In this document: one piece after another, positions 16,594 to 26,858 of the stretch
Position numbering within the stretch: the first letter of the stretch is position 1
Layout: each line of letters opens with the position of its first letter
Assembly (NCBI GenBank): GCA_016214545.1
Contig: JACROH010000001.1
Span: 32,149 to 96,148 of the forward strand
Source of the DNA: Candidatus Lloydbacteria bacterium
GTDB taxonomy: Bacteria; Patescibacteriota; Minisyncoccia; Phycocordibacterales; 21-14-all-47-15
Length of the DNA: 64,000 bases
Direction: 5' to 3'
Program-made: the position numbers and the translations under genes
Notes under the pieces: generated by a model
The model's database searches: none
Told to the model about the DNA's origin: nothing
What the model saw: the letters and a program-made list of their open reading frames with translations, nothing else

Positions 16594-18516
16594 ATGTTCA
16601 CCGTCACTCGTTCAAAACATAATCCCGTGCTGATTCCAAGCCCCGAGCATTATTGGGATGCGTTTGCGACGTTTAACCCGTCGCCGATAAAACGGGGGCG
16701 TACGGTTTATGCGCTCTATCGCGCCATTTCATTGCCGGATGTGCTTGAGACTCCGAACCAGCGCTCTATTATTGGAATCGCGAAAAGCGCCGATGAAAAA
16801 CATTTTACCGACCATACGCCGTTTATCGTTCCGAAAGAAGAATGGGAAAAATTCGGATGCGAAGACCCGCGCGCCACTTATTTTGAGGGCCGGTACTACA
16901 TATTTTATACCGCGCTTTCGAAATATCCGTTTGCGGCCGACGGCATCAAAGTCGCCGTCGCAATCTCAAAAGACCTGAAAAAAGTAAGCGAGCGGCATCT
17001 GGTGACGCCTTTTAATGCAAAAGCGATGGCCCTCTTCCCCGAGCGGATCGGCGGCAAGGTGATGGCGATTTTTTCCGCGCACACCGATATGCCGCCCACG
17101 AGCATGGCAATAGTCGAGGCGGACGAAGTCGCCGACCTCTGGTCGGAGAAAACATGGACGAATTTTGAATCGCAAATCGGTGATCATTCCATTGACCCGA
17201 GACGGACGCCCTATGATCATGTCGAGGTCGGTGCGCCGCCGATTAAGACACCGCACGGGTGGCTTCTCTTTTATTCGCATATTCAAAATTATTTTCCGAG
17301 TTCGGATACTGCGCCGCGCGTGTTTGGCATTGAAGCGCTCCTCCTTGATTTGGAGGACCCGAAAAAAATTATCGGGAGAACCAAAGGGCCGCTTCTTGCT
17401 CCAGAAGAATCATACGAACGAACCGGCTACGTAGACAACATCGTCTTTCCCTCGGGGGCGTTGCTTTCCGGCGACACGATTCATTTGTATTACGGTGCGG
17501 CCGACACGACCGGCTGCCGCGCTTCCATCAGCATGATCGATCTGACTTCAAGTATGTGCCCCAATGTCGCCCCCGATTGGCACCTCAAACGGTTTTCAAA
17601 AAATCCGATTCTTATTAAAAACCCCGTTCATTCATGGGAAGCAAAGGCCGTCTTGAATCCCGGCGCTATCCGCATTGGAGGGACCACGCACCTTTTTTAT
17701 CGGGCCATTTCTTCCGACAATACCTCAAGCATCGGATACGCGACGACAAACGACGGTCTCAACATCGACTGGCGGTTTGCCGAGCCGGTCTATGTGCCGC
17801 GAGCACCGTTTGAAATGAAAAAAATAGAGGGGAGAAATTCCGGCTGTGAAGACCCGCGTATTACCAAAATCGGCAATCGCATCTATATGTGCTATACGGC
17901 GTTTGACGGCATCGGGCCTCCGCGGGTGGCAGTATCCTCCATACGGGAAAAAGATTTTCTCAATCATTCCTTCGAATGGTCGGAACCGGAGCTCATTACT
18001 CCGGCGGCCGTCGACGACAAAGACACCTGCATCTTGCCTGAGAAAATCGGAAAAAAATATTTTATTTTACATCGGGTGGGGACTGACATTTGCGGCGACT
18101 ACATCGACTCGCTTGATTTTGAAAAAAGCAAAGTTGATAAATGTATTCGCATACTGGGGCCGCGGCAAAATTCATGGGACGGCATAAAGGTGGGAATTAC
18201 GGCTCCTCCGATAAAAACAAAAAAGGGATGGCTTCTTTTGTATCACGCCGTCTCAAGGATACATCACACGTACCGCGTCGGGGCGGCGCTCCTCGACTTG
18301 AAAGACCCGACGATTGTTCTTGCGCGTTCGGCTGACCCCATTTTTGAACCTGAAGAGCCGTATGAAAAAGCGGGGCTTGTGAACAACGTCGTCTTTCCGT
18401 GCGGAATGGTTGCGTGCGGCGACCTTCTCTATATTTATTACGGCGGGGCTGATGAGGTGTGCGGTGTTGCCACCATGAAACTCGATATTCTCCTGAATGC
18501 GCTCTCTCGCAGATAA
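16594..18516 (+). CDS. tandem two-domain GH130 protein
   Basis: Two complete repeats of FNP/LNP...YRA...GCEDPR...PP IKT..GWLL.Y...VFP.G...YYG.AD. Confidence 0.88.
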   Translation: MFTVTRSKHNPVLIPSPEHYWDAFATFNPSPIKRGRTVYALYRAISLPDVLETPNQRSIIGIAKSADEKHFTDHTPFIVPKEEWEKFGCEDPRATYFEGRYYIFYTALSKYPFAADGIKVAVAISKDLKKVSERHLVTPFNAKAMALFPERIGGKVMAIFSAHTDMPPTSMAIVEADEVADLWSEKTWTNFESQIGDHSIDPRRTPYDHVEVGAPPIKTPHGWLLFYSHIQNYFPSSDTAPRVFGIEALLLDLEDPKKIIGRTKGPLLAPEESYERTGYVDNIVFPSGALLSGDTIHLYYGAADTTGCRASISMIDLTSSMCPNVAPDWHLKRFSKNPILIKNPVHSWEAKAVLNPGAIRIGGTTHLFYRAISSDNTSSIGYATTNDGLNIDWRFAEPVYVPRAPFEMKKIEGRNSGCEDPRITKIGNRIYMCYTAFDGIGPPRVAVSSIREKDFLNHSFEWSEPELITPAAVDDKDTCILPEKIGKKYFILHRVGTDICGDYIDSLDFEKSKVDKCIRILGPRQNSWDGIKVGITAPPIKTKKGWLLLYHAVSRIHHTYRVGAALLDLKDPTIVLARSADPIFEPEEPYEKAGLVNNVVFPCGMVACGDLLYIYYGGADEVCGVATMKLDILLNALSRR

Positions 18517-18638
18517 GAGTCCTCCGGCGTCGGATTTTTCTGTTTGTATTTTTTCACAAAAAATATAGACTGGGGGGAATAAAGCTCATTGACAATAGAC
18601 ATACCTTTTTCATCGTTACTTGAACGCGGAGGAAGCCT

Positions 18639-19439
18639 ATGGCACTAAAAACTCAAGTTGTGTCGGATTCATTGATGGTCTCGTATCCATATATTAAGGA
18701 GAAAAGGATATTTTACTTTGACGGGAACGGAAAAATTACCGCAGAGAACGGTACCTTCATAAACCCTTCTCCGAATGCTTTTTCGCTCGTACATGTAGAA
18801 GATTGTCCGGGCAGGACACCGGTATGTGAAAGCAAATGCTATGTGCATCGCCTGCGGGAAAACGAACCGGAAATCTATGGGCGGTATCGGGCAAACAGCC
18901 AGGCGATTCGTCAGGCGCTTCTTGGCCCCTATCGCACCAGTATTACGATAGACGCTTTTGCGAACTGGATTAATTCGCATTGCAAAAAAGGGGGATTTCG
19001 CTGGCATGTATCCGGCGATATTTTTTCTGTCGAGTATGCATGGTTTATACGGGGAGTGGTGCTTAAAACCCCTGGCATACGCTATTGGATATATACGCGC
19101 TCGTTTCATTTTTCGGAAGTGCTTTCCGGGTTATCCAATCTCGCGGTCAATCTTTCCGCGGACCGAGATAATTTTGAAAGAGCTCTTGTGTGCCAGAGTC
19201 AATTCGGTTTCCGCATCTGCTGTATGATAACGGAAGGGGATACGATTCCCGATTTGCCGGAAGGGTCGGTCATTTTCCCCTCGCATGAATTGCGCGGGAG
19301 AGATTTAAAAAATCCTCTTGACGCACCATGGTGGAAAGCTCTTACGCAGAAGCAAAGACGCATGGTATGCCCGCCCGATTTTTTCGGACAAAGCGAGGTA
19401 CTCCGCTGCGGCCCGTGCGATAAATGCTTATGTTTGTGA
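18639..19439 (+). CDS. Gp88-like Cys-rich protein
   Basis: CPG.T..C...CY, FRWHVSGD, W.YTRS, NLSAD and CP...CG.C..C resemble the phage 'gene product 88' family. GGAGG SD. Confidence 0.7.
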   Translation: MALKTQVVSDSLMVSYPYIKEKRIFYFDGNGKITAENGTFINPSPNAFSLVHVEDCPGRTPVCESKCYVHRLRENEPEIYGRYRANSQAIRQALLGPYRTSITIDAFANWINSHCKKGGFRWHVSGDIFSVEYAWFIRGVVLKTPGIRYWIYTRSFHFSEVLSGLSNLAVNLSADRDNFERALVCQSQFGFRICCMITEGDTIPDLPEGSVIFPSHELRGRDLKNPLDAPWWKALTQKQRRMVCPPDFFGQSEVLRCGPCDKCLCL

Positions 19440-19454
19440 CTGTCTGATATTTAA

Positions 19455-19483
19455 AAAACCGCCGATATGGAATCGGCGGTTTT
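19455..19483. terminator. bidirectional intrinsic terminator
   Basis: AAAACCGCCGAT...ATCGGCGGTTTT. Confidence 0.75.
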
Positions 19484-19490
19484 CATTTTT

Positions 19491-19748
19491 CTATTTTTCT
19501 CCGAATTTCTTGTCTAGATACGCGATGATTTTGTCGTCGTCGTCGGCGATAATGGTGCTGCCGTCGACGAGCGTCGGGACGCCAACAACGCCGCCGGTGA
19601 TTTCTGAAAGCTCTATACGCGCCTCATGTGCGCGCGGCACTTCTATAAACTCAATCAATGGGCGGATACCGAGCTCGTCTATTTTTGCGATAGCCTTCGC
19701 GCAATAGGGGCATCCCGGCAGGTGGTAGAGCTTCATGTTTGTTGTCAT
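19491..19748 (-). CDS. glutaredoxin family protein
   Basis: CPYC and VPTLVD motifs. Confidence 0.88.
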   Translation of the reverse strand: MTTNMKLYHLPGCPYCAKAIAKIDELGIRPLIEFIEVPRAHEARIELSEITGGVVGVPTLVDGSTIIADDDDKIIAYLDKKFGEK

Positions 19749-19802
19749 ATCGATTCCTTTAAAAATTAAAATGAATAATAGAGACTCTCCCCCTAGTATA
19801 CC

Positions 19803-20468
19803 TCAATGAGCGATTGCTATGCCAATGGCTCTTGCCGCGCCGGCATGTTCAAGCGCTGTGATTGCTTCGCGCAAGGTTGCGCCGGTGGTGGTGATGTCGT
19901 CCACCACAATCACTACTTTATTTTTAACTTTTTCGGGGTTTGCAACGGCAAAACATCCGCGGATGTTTTTTAAACGCTCTGGTCTATCTTTTGTTGATGC
20001 TTGAGGCGCGGTTTCTTTTGTTTTGCAGAGGATATCGTTCGCAAACAGAAATGATTTATTTTTATCGAGCCGTTTGCACTCCTCAATAATTTTTTCTGAT
20101 TGGTTGAATCCGCGTTCCCGCAGACGTTTTTTAGAGAGGGGAATGGGAACAATGATAACGGCCGCATCTTTTGGCGCTCTTGAAAATGTTGTCAATTCAT
20201 AGGCGTGTTCCAAAAGATGCTCGTACAGAGAGGTTCCGAAGATTTCCGCCGGCGTCCGATTGTTTCGGTATTTAAGCGCCCAAAGCGCTTTTTTTATTGG
20301 CGGGTACTCGTAGCGGTAAAGTGCGGAAATCGAGGCAGAGCCCGTTTCTGCCGCCGACGGCGCCTTTTCGAGGCACTTTTGGCAAAGCGCTCTGCCGCCT
20401 ACGCCGCAAGCCGCGCATCGTATCGGGAAAAGCAGGTCAAGAAAAGCGTACCACACACGCATTATCAT
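19803..20468 (-). CDS. comF: competence protein ComF (double zinc ribbon + PRTase)
   Basis: LLFP.RC..C...LC..C, LKY, VPIPL...R.RERGFNQ and VDDITTTGAT motifs. Confidence 0.92.
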   Translation of the reverse strand: MIMRVWYAFLDLLFPIRCAACGVGGRALCQKCLEKAPSAAETGSASISALYRYEYPPIKKALWALKYRNNRTPAEIFGTSLYEHLLEHAYELTTFSRAPKDAAVIIVPIPLSKKRLRERGFNQSEKIIEECKRLDKNKSFLFANDILCKTKETAPQASTKDRPERLKNIRGCFAVANPEKVKNKVVIVVDDITTTGATLREAITALEHAGAARAIGIAIAH

Positions 20469-20635
20469 AAAGCGTATCGCACGATGCCTTTTTTCGCCGC
20501 TTTTGCTGTGGATAAGTCGGGTATGCACATAGTGTTGCCGATATATTAATGGTATAATGTGAAAAGTGAAGAGTGTAGAGTGCAACACCGAACTTGTTTG
20601 CCGCTCTCGTTACGCTCCACTTACTATATTGATGT

Positions 20636-21862
20636 ATGGCTGTCAATTTTATCACAACACTGCTCGAAAAGATTCGTTCGTTACAGGGCGGGGAAAAGGG
20701 AGAAAGTGCCGTTGGGATTGACATAGGGTCCGCATTTATAAAAGTGGTGCAGATCAAGAGCAAGGGAGGGAAGGCGATACTTGAAACGTACGGAGAAATC
20801 GCACTCGGCCCGTACGCCGGCGGAGAAATCGGACAGGCGACCAATCTTCCGGCCGAAAAAATTGCAGAAGCGCTTACGGATTTGTTTCGCGAGGCGGGAG
20901 TTACCACTAAAAACGCAGCTCTTTCCATATCGTTAAAATCAAGCCTGCTCTCGCTCATCGAGGTCCCTGTTGCCGACGGGTCGTCGCAGCTGAACGAAAT
21001 AATCCCGATTGAAGCGCGCAAATATATTCCGGTTCCGATAAACGAAGTCACGCTTGATTGGTGGGTGATACCAAAACGCGAAACCTATGCCGAGCAAGAT
21101 GGCGTTTCCTCAGACGATGAGTCAAAAGGCGCCGAGTCTTCGCACAAAACAATCCCGCACGGATCGACTGAAGTCATGATGGTTGCGATTCACAACGAAG
21201 CCATAGAAAAGTATCGTCGTGTCGCAAGTATCATGCAGTTTGAAAAAGTGTTCTTTGAGCTTGAAGTATTTTCGGCAATGCGGTCGACTCTCGGACGGTC
21301 GATGCAAACGGTTCTTTTGGTTGATATCGGAGCGACAACGACCAAACTTGCAATTGCGGAATTCGGCGTTACTCGATTTACGCATACCATCAGCCGCGGT
21401 TCGCAAGATATAACGGTAGCTTTATCAAAAGCTCAGTCGGTAAGTTTCTCGGCGGCCGAAGACACGAAGCGGACATCAGGGGTTTCGGTGGGGGCTGAAA
21501 ACGGCGGCGGTATCAAGGGAACAGAAGGGTCTTCTGCTTCTGGGCAAAAAGAAATTACTGTTTCTCATATTGCCAATCTAACGCTTGAAAATATTTTTGG
21601 CGAAACAAACACGATGCTCATGCAGTATCAGCAAAAACATAATGTTTCTGTCGACTCGGTGGTTTTGATCGGCGGGGGCGCCCTTCTTAAGGGATTGCTC
21701 TCGGTGGCGAAGAAACACATAGATGCGGTAGTTGCGCTGGGAGACCCTTTCGAAAAAATCGAAGCTCCTGCATTTCTTTCGCCGATGCTCAAAGAAGCCG
21801 GTCCTGAGTTTGCGGTCGCGGTCGGATTGGCGCTTAGAAAAATACAAGAATCAGAGGCATAA
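20636..21862 (+). CDS. pilM: type IV pilus assembly protein PilM
   Basis: VGIDIGS..IKVV, EARKYIP, VDIGATTT, LIGGGA and FAVAVGLALR motifs. Confidence 0.92.
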   Translation: MAVNFITTLLEKIRSLQGGEKGESAVGIDIGSAFIKVVQIKSKGGKAILETYGEIALGPYAGGEIGQATNLPAEKIAEALTDLFREAGVTTKNAALSISLKSSLLSLIEVPVADGSSQLNEIIPIEARKYIPVPINEVTLDWWVIPKRETYAEQDGVSSDDESKGAESSHKTIPHGSTEVMMVAIHNEAIEKYRRVASIMQFEKVFFELEVFSAMRSTLGRSMQTVLLVDIGATTTKLAIAEFGVTRFTHTISRGSQDITVALSKAQSVSFSAAEDTKRTSGVSVGAENGGGIKGTEGSSASGQKEITVSHIANLTLENIFGETNTMLMQYQQKHNVSVDSVVLIGGGALLKGLLSVAKKHIDAVVALGDPFEKIEAPAFLSPMLKEAGPEFAVAVGLALRKIQESEA

Positions 21863-21879
21863 ATTTATCAATCAAAGCT

Positions 21880-22476
21880 ATGGCATTTGAATCTCAAAAA
21901 ACATCTTTTATTCCAAAACAAGCAATGGCAAAAACGCCGGTGCCTGTACGGCGGACTTTTGCCGGCGGGGCAACGGTGGTCTCAATATTTATTGCCGTTA
22001 TGGCGATTGTTGTATATGCAGGGCTTTTTGTATATCAGTCTATTCTAAAAAATCAAATAGACGGGCTTGCCGCTTCGCTCGGTCGGGCAAGAGGAGCTTT
22101 TGAAACAAACCTTATTGCTGAATTGCAGACCGTCGATTCGCGGCTGATTACCGGCGATATGTTGCTGAAACAGCATCGCGCCCTGTCGCCGCTGTTTACC
22201 CTTCTTGAAGAGAGTACCGTGCAGACTATTCGATATAATAATTTTGCGCTAAAAGCGGAGAGCGGCGGCGTCTATAGCGTCACCTTGCGCGGAGAGGCGG
22301 ACGACTATGCTTCCATAGCGCTCCAATCGGATATTTTTTCCAAAAATAAATACATTCAAGATCATATTTTTTCGAATTTGACCTTAAACCAAGACGGTCG
22401 AGTTTCGTTTGATTTCAGTGCAAAAATAAACGCGGCCTTGCTTTTGTACGGGCAAGTGGTAACAACCCCCCGTTAA
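21880..22476 (+). CDS. PilN-like protein
   Basis: TSFIPK, a TM segment, coiled coil and ferredoxin-like end. Lies after pilM. Confidence 0.75.
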   Translation: MAFESQKTSFIPKQAMAKTPVPVRRTFAGGATVVSIFIAVMAIVVYAGLFVYQSILKNQIDGLAASLGRARGAFETNLIAELQTVDSRLITGDMLLKQHRALSPLFTLLEESTVQTIRYNNFALKAESGGVYSVTLRGEADDYASIALQSDIFSKNKYIQDHIFSNLTLNQDGRVSFDFSAKINAALLLYGQVVTTPR

Positions 22477-22499
22477 CTAATTTTCTTTCATCATTATTT

Positions 22500-23039
22500 A
22501 TGAGATATTTTCTTCCAACTATTCTTATCGCAACAGCTATCGGGATGTTTTTCTTGCTTATTGACCCGCTGTATAAGGAGATAGGCGCGCTCCAGCAGCA
22601 ATCAGCCTCGTTTGACGCGGCGCTTGCAAAATCAAAAGAATTGCAGACCGTTCGTGACGACCTGCTGGCAAAGTACAATGCTTTTAGCACCACCGATCTC
22701 GACCGGCTCTCTCGAATGCTTCCCGACAACGTTGATAACGTTCGGCTTATTATGGACATCAACAATATTGCGGCACGATATAATATGTCTCTAAAAAATA
22801 CCAAGATTAATATTATCGATGAAGCAAAAAACGGAGCACTCGGTCCAAACAGGAAAAAATACGGAACGGTTCAGCTTGAGTTTTCGGTTGCCGGACCCTA
22901 CAGCGTCTTCTTGGCATTTCTTGAGGATTTGGAGAAGAGTCTCCGTATTGTCGACGTGGTCGGTTTGACGTTTTCGTCCGCAAGTAAAGATTTTTATGAC
23001 TATAATGTGGCGCTACAAACCTATTGGCTAAAACAATAA
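22500..23039 (+). CDS. pilO: type IV pilus assembly protein PilO
   Basis: TM, coiled coil, MLPD and G.Y..F..FL..LEKSLRIVDV. Confidence 0.85.
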   Translation: MRYFLPTILIATAIGMFFLLIDPLYKEIGALQQQSASFDAALAKSKELQTVRDDLLAKYNAFSTTDLDRLSRMLPDNVDNVRLIMDINNIAARYNMSLKNTKINIIDEAKNGALGPNRKKYGTVQLEFSVAGPYSVFLAFLEDLEKSLRIVDVVGLTFSSASKDFYDYNVALQTYWLKQ

Positions 23040-23040
23040 T

Positions 23041-23400
23041 ATGAAAAGTTCATTACTTAAAAACAGCATAATAATCATTGGCATCGGGCTTTTACTGTGG
23101 GTCGGGTATGCCACTTTTTTAAAAAAAGATTCTGCGGTAGCTCCGGGCACGGCGCTAGTCAGCGAGGCGGCGCTTAACGGCGATTCCCCTGAGGCGCAAA
23201 GCGGGCGTGAAATTCTCGCCATTTTGCTCAATTTAAAATCGCTCAAGCTTGATGCGTCAATTTTTAACAACTCTGTTTTTCAGAGTTTGACCGATTTTGG
23301 ACAGAGCATTCCGGAGCGCCCGCGCGGGCGGGATAATCCGTTTGCTCCAATAGGAGCCGCCAGTGCCCCGACGTCTGTTTCTGCCAAGACGCTTTTCTAG
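23041..23400 (+). CDS. PilP-position small membrane protein
   Basis: N-terminal TM and the GRDNPFAP motif. Lies after pilO. Confidence 0.7.
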   Translation: MKSSLLKNSIIIIGIGLLLWVGYATFLKKDSAVAPGTALVSEAALNGDSPEAQSGREILAILLNLKSLKLDASIFNNSVFQSLTDFGQSIPERPRGRDNPFAPIGAASAPTSVSAKTLF

Positions 23401-23464
23401 GTGCGGGGTTTTGGTGATTGGGAAATTTCTAAAACCTGAAACCTAAGACCTAAAATCTAACGAT

Positions 23465-25246
23465 ATGGCTTTTTTAGATTATCTGATACAAAAAGGAATA
23501 GTAACAAAGACTGAAGCGCTTGTGATAAGCAAAGAACAGGCGAGCGGCGCTCTGCTTGATGACGTGCTGGCCAAGCGGGGGATTGCGGAATCCGACATCG
23601 CCAAGCTCAAAGGAGCCTACCTCAATATCCCGGTTAAAGAGCTTGAGTCCGGCAGTATTCCTTTTGAAATTTTAAAATACATTCCGGAAGAGTCCGCTCT
23701 GCACTATGCGTTTGTTCCGCTTGACGTCAAAGATGGCGTGCTTGAGGTCGGAATGGTTGACCCGGACGATATGGAAGCGCGCGATGCTTTGCAATTTATT
23801 TCTTCACGCTCCGGCGTGCCTTTTAAGATTTTTTTAATTTCAAGACAGCTATTTCAGGCAATTGCCGAAAATTATAAAGGATTGGGCGGAGAAGTGCACA
23901 AAGCGCTGTCTCAATTTGAGACGGAAACCGGCACCGAAACAAAAAGTCAAGACACCGAGGCGCCCGACGGCAGCATCGTTGATGTTTCGGGAATAGATAA
24001 AGAAATAGCCGATACAAAAAAAGACGCTACTGCCGCCAAGGGAGGATTTGAGGCAAAAATCATAGAAGACGCTCCGGTGACAAAAATAGTCGCGGTGATT
24101 TTGAGAAATGCGGTTGAGGGGAACGCGTCCGATGTGCACGTCGAGCCGATTGAAAATCGCATACGGGTTCGCTTTCGTGTTGACGGTGTTTTATACACGA
24201 GTCTTTTTTTGCCAAAAAATGTGCATAGCGCCGTAGTTGCGCGAATCAAAATTCTTTCAAACATGCGGCTTGATGAAAAGAGAAAACCGCAAGACGGACG
24301 TTTTTCCGCGCGTATCGAAAATCGCCTGATTGATTTTCGAGTCTCGACATTTCCAACTTACTACGGTGAAAAAGTCGTGATGCGAATTCTCGACCCTCAA
24401 AAAGGATTTATACCGCTTGATAAGCTCGGCATGTCTGCGCGCAATCTTGGGCTCATCAGAGACGCAATTGACCGACCGTATGGCATGATTCTTTTAACCG
24501 GACCTACGGGGTCCGGAAAAACAACGACCATGTATTCAATGATGAACGAACTTGATATGGAGAAAAGCAATGTGCTCTCCCTTGAAGATCCGGTTGAGTA
24601 TAATATTTCGGGAATGAATCAATCGCAGATGATGCCTGAGATCGGATACGATTTTGCCAATGGATTGCGGACCACTCTTCGGCAAGATCCGGACGTTATT
24701 ATGGTCGGGGAAATACGAGACAAGGAAACGGCGCAGCTTGCGGTACAGGCCGCGTTGACCGGACACCTTGTTATTTCGACGCTGCACACAAATAATGCGG
24801 TCGGGGTTATTCCTCGTTTAATCGACATGGGTGTCGACCCGTATTTGATAGCGCCGACTCTTGTTTTGGCTATTGCTCAGCGATTGGTGCGGAAATTGTG
24901 CCCCGGTCCGAAAAAGGAAATTCCCATTGAAGGCAGCATAAAAATAATGGTTGAAAAAGAATTTACCGGGCTGCCGGAAGAATTTAAAAAGACTATTCCC
25001 AAAACAAACAAAGTATACGAGGCGATGCCGTCAGACGAATGCCCGAGCGGTATGCGTGGACGAGCGGCCGTGTTCGAAATGTTTATGATGAATAAAGATA
25101 TCGAAAAAATTGTGCTCGGAAGTAATCCCACGGAATCGGCGCTTTTTGAGGTTATAAGGAAGCAGGGGATGATGACCATGCGGGAGGATGCCCTTGTTAA
25201 GGCCTTTTCCGGCGAAGTGCCTTTTGAAGAAGTTAATAAGGTGTAG
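23465..25246 (+). CDS. pilB: type IV pilus extension ATPase (GspE/PilB)
   Basis: ASDVHVEP, RFRVDG, PQDGR, GPTGSGKTTT, LRQDPDVIMVGEIRD and TLHTN motifs. Confidence 0.93.
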   Translation: MAFLDYLIQKGIVTKTEALVISKEQASGALLDDVLAKRGIAESDIAKLKGAYLNIPVKELESGSIPFEILKYIPEESALHYAFVPLDVKDGVLEVGMVDPDDMEARDALQFISSRSGVPFKIFLISRQLFQAIAENYKGLGGEVHKALSQFETETGTETKSQDTEAPDGSIVDVSGIDKEIADTKKDATAAKGGFEAKIIEDAPVTKIVAVILRNAVEGNASDVHVEPIENRIRVRFRVDGVLYTSLFLPKNVHSAVVARIKILSNMRLDEKRKPQDGRFSARIENRLIDFRVSTFPTYYGEKVVMRILDPQKGFIPLDKLGMSARNLGLIRDAIDRPYGMILLTGPTGSGKTTTMYSMMNELDMEKSNVLSLEDPVEYNISGMNQSQMMPEIGYDFANGLRTTLRQDPDVIMVGEIRDKETAQLAVQAALTGHLVISTLHTNNAVGVIPRLIDMGVDPYLIAPTLVLAIAQRLVRKLCPGPKKEIPIEGSIKIMVEKEFTGLPEEFKKTIPKTNKVYEAMPSDECPSGMRGRAAVFEMFMMNKDIEKIVLGSNPTESALFEVIRKQGMMTMREDALVKAFSGEVPFEEVNKV

Positions 25247-25339
25247 CAGGGCGTTACCGTCAGGTCATAAAACAGGCTTCCTCTATTTATTAATAAATCA
25301 TTTAGCGTCGTGTGAGACGCTATGATATACTTAAATCAT

Positions 25340-25744
25340 ATGACAACCGATACGAATTCAAGCGAGACGAAGCAAAAAGTTTTTATTGTCGACGACGATA
25401 AATTTTTGCTCGATATGTATGCTCTCAAATTCAGCGAAGTTGGTTTTTCGGTGTGTGCCGCCGGAAGCGGGGCGGACGTTCTCGACAAGTTAAATGAAGG
25501 GTTTGTTCCAGATATTATTTTGCTTGATATTGTGATGCCGGGAATGGATGGATTCGAATTACTCAAGAACATAAAAGAGAAGAAACTGGTCCCGTCGGCG
25601 AAAATTATTATTCTTTCCAATATCGGGCAGGAAAGCGACATTGAGCGCGGCAAAAAACTTGGAGCCAACGGATACATCGTCAAGGCAAGCGTTACCCCGA
25701 CCGAAGTGGTTGAAAAAGTAAAAGAAGTCCTCAAACAAAAATAG
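25340..25744 (+). CDS. single-domain response regulator
   Basis: IVDDD, LLDIVMPGMDG, ILSN and YIVK motifs. No output domain. Confidence 0.9.
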   Translation: MTTDTNSSETKQKVFIVDDDKFLLDMYALKFSEVGFSVCAAGSGADVLDKLNEGFVPDIILLDIVMPGMDGFELLKNIKEKKLVPSAKIIILSNIGQESDIERGKKLGANGYIVKASVTPTEVVEKVKEVLKQK

Positions 25745-25788
25745 GCACTCTCCATTCATCACTATTGTTAATCACCCATTATTTTAAT

Positions 25789-26853
25789 ATGAATGAATAT
25801 TCAAAACAGCTCGAAGATTTATTTCTAACCGTTTTTAATGAAGGCGCTTCCGACCTGCATCTCTCTTTTGGCAGACCGCCCATGATACGCGTTTCCGGGC
25901 AATTGATACCGCTTTCTTCCAAGAAGCCGCTTTCGGCGGAGGACACCCTGGGGCTTTTGTCGGTCATGGTTGATGCGCCGACAAAGGAGCAATTTCTAAA
26001 AGAAAAAGAGATTGATTTTGCCTATTCTTTTCAGGACAGGGGGCGTTTTCGATGCAATGCTTTTTTTCAAAAAGGATCGGTTGGTGTCGCGCTTCGTCTT
26101 GTTTCAAAAAAAATCCCCACGTTAAGCGAGCTCAATCTTCCGCCGGTGCTTGAAATTTTTGCCAGAAAAAAACAAGGGTTCTTTTTGGTTGTCGGGCCGG
26201 TCGGGCAGGGGAAAACGACGACTCTTGCCGCAATGGTTCAGCTTATAAACAAAGAACGCGCCGAGCACATAGTTACCATTGAAGACCCGATTGAGTATCT
26301 TTTTGAAGAAGAGAAATCTATTATTGACCAGCGCGAGGTGCGCACGGACACAAAAGATTTTCACACGGCGCTGCACTCAATGTTTCGCCAAGATGTGAAT
26401 ATTGCCATGATTGGAGAAATGCGCGGGCCGGAGACGATCTCAACCGCAGTAACTGCCGCCGAAACAGGACACCTTATCTTTTCAACGCTGCATACGAATA
26501 ATGCGGCGCAGACCATCGACAGAATTATCGATTCGTTTCCGTCGGCGCAGCAAAATCAAATCAAAGTGCAGCTTGCCGGCAGCTTGCTTGGCATTTTCTC
26601 GCAGCGATTAATCCCGCGAATTTCGGGAGGGCTCATTCCGGCCTATGAACTTTTAATAAACAATACCGCGGTCGCGAATCTTATCCGGGAAGGAAGAACC
26701 CATGAAATCAACGTAGTCATCGAAACCGGAAGCGAAGAAGGAATGATCGACATGAACCGAATGCTCGCGACGCTGGTGCGAAGCGGTGAAATTACGCCGG
26801 ATGATGCGTATTTGCACTCGTTTAATCCGAAAGGATTAGGGCACATTATTTAG
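25789..26853 (+). CDS. pilT: twitching/retraction ATPase PilT
   Basis: ASDLHL, GP.GQGKTTT, TIEDPIE, AAETGHLIFSTLHT and NLIREG motifs. Confidence 0.93.
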   Translation: MNEYSKQLEDLFLTVFNEGASDLHLSFGRPPMIRVSGQLIPLSSKKPLSAEDTLGLLSVMVDAPTKEQFLKEKEIDFAYSFQDRGRFRCNAFFQKGSVGVALRLVSKKIPTLSELNLPPVLEIFARKKQGFFLVVGPVGQGKTTTLAAMVQLINKERAEHIVTIEDPIEYLFEEEKSIIDQREVRTDTKDFHTALHSMFRQDVNIAMIGEMRGPETISTAVTAAETGHLIFSTLHTNNAAQTIDRIIDSFPSAQQNQIKVQLAGSLLGIFSQRLIPRISGGLIPAYELLINNTAVANLIREGRTHEINVVIETGSEEGMIDMNRMLATLVRSGEITPDDAYLHSFNPKGLGHII

Positions 26854-26858
26854 TTTTT

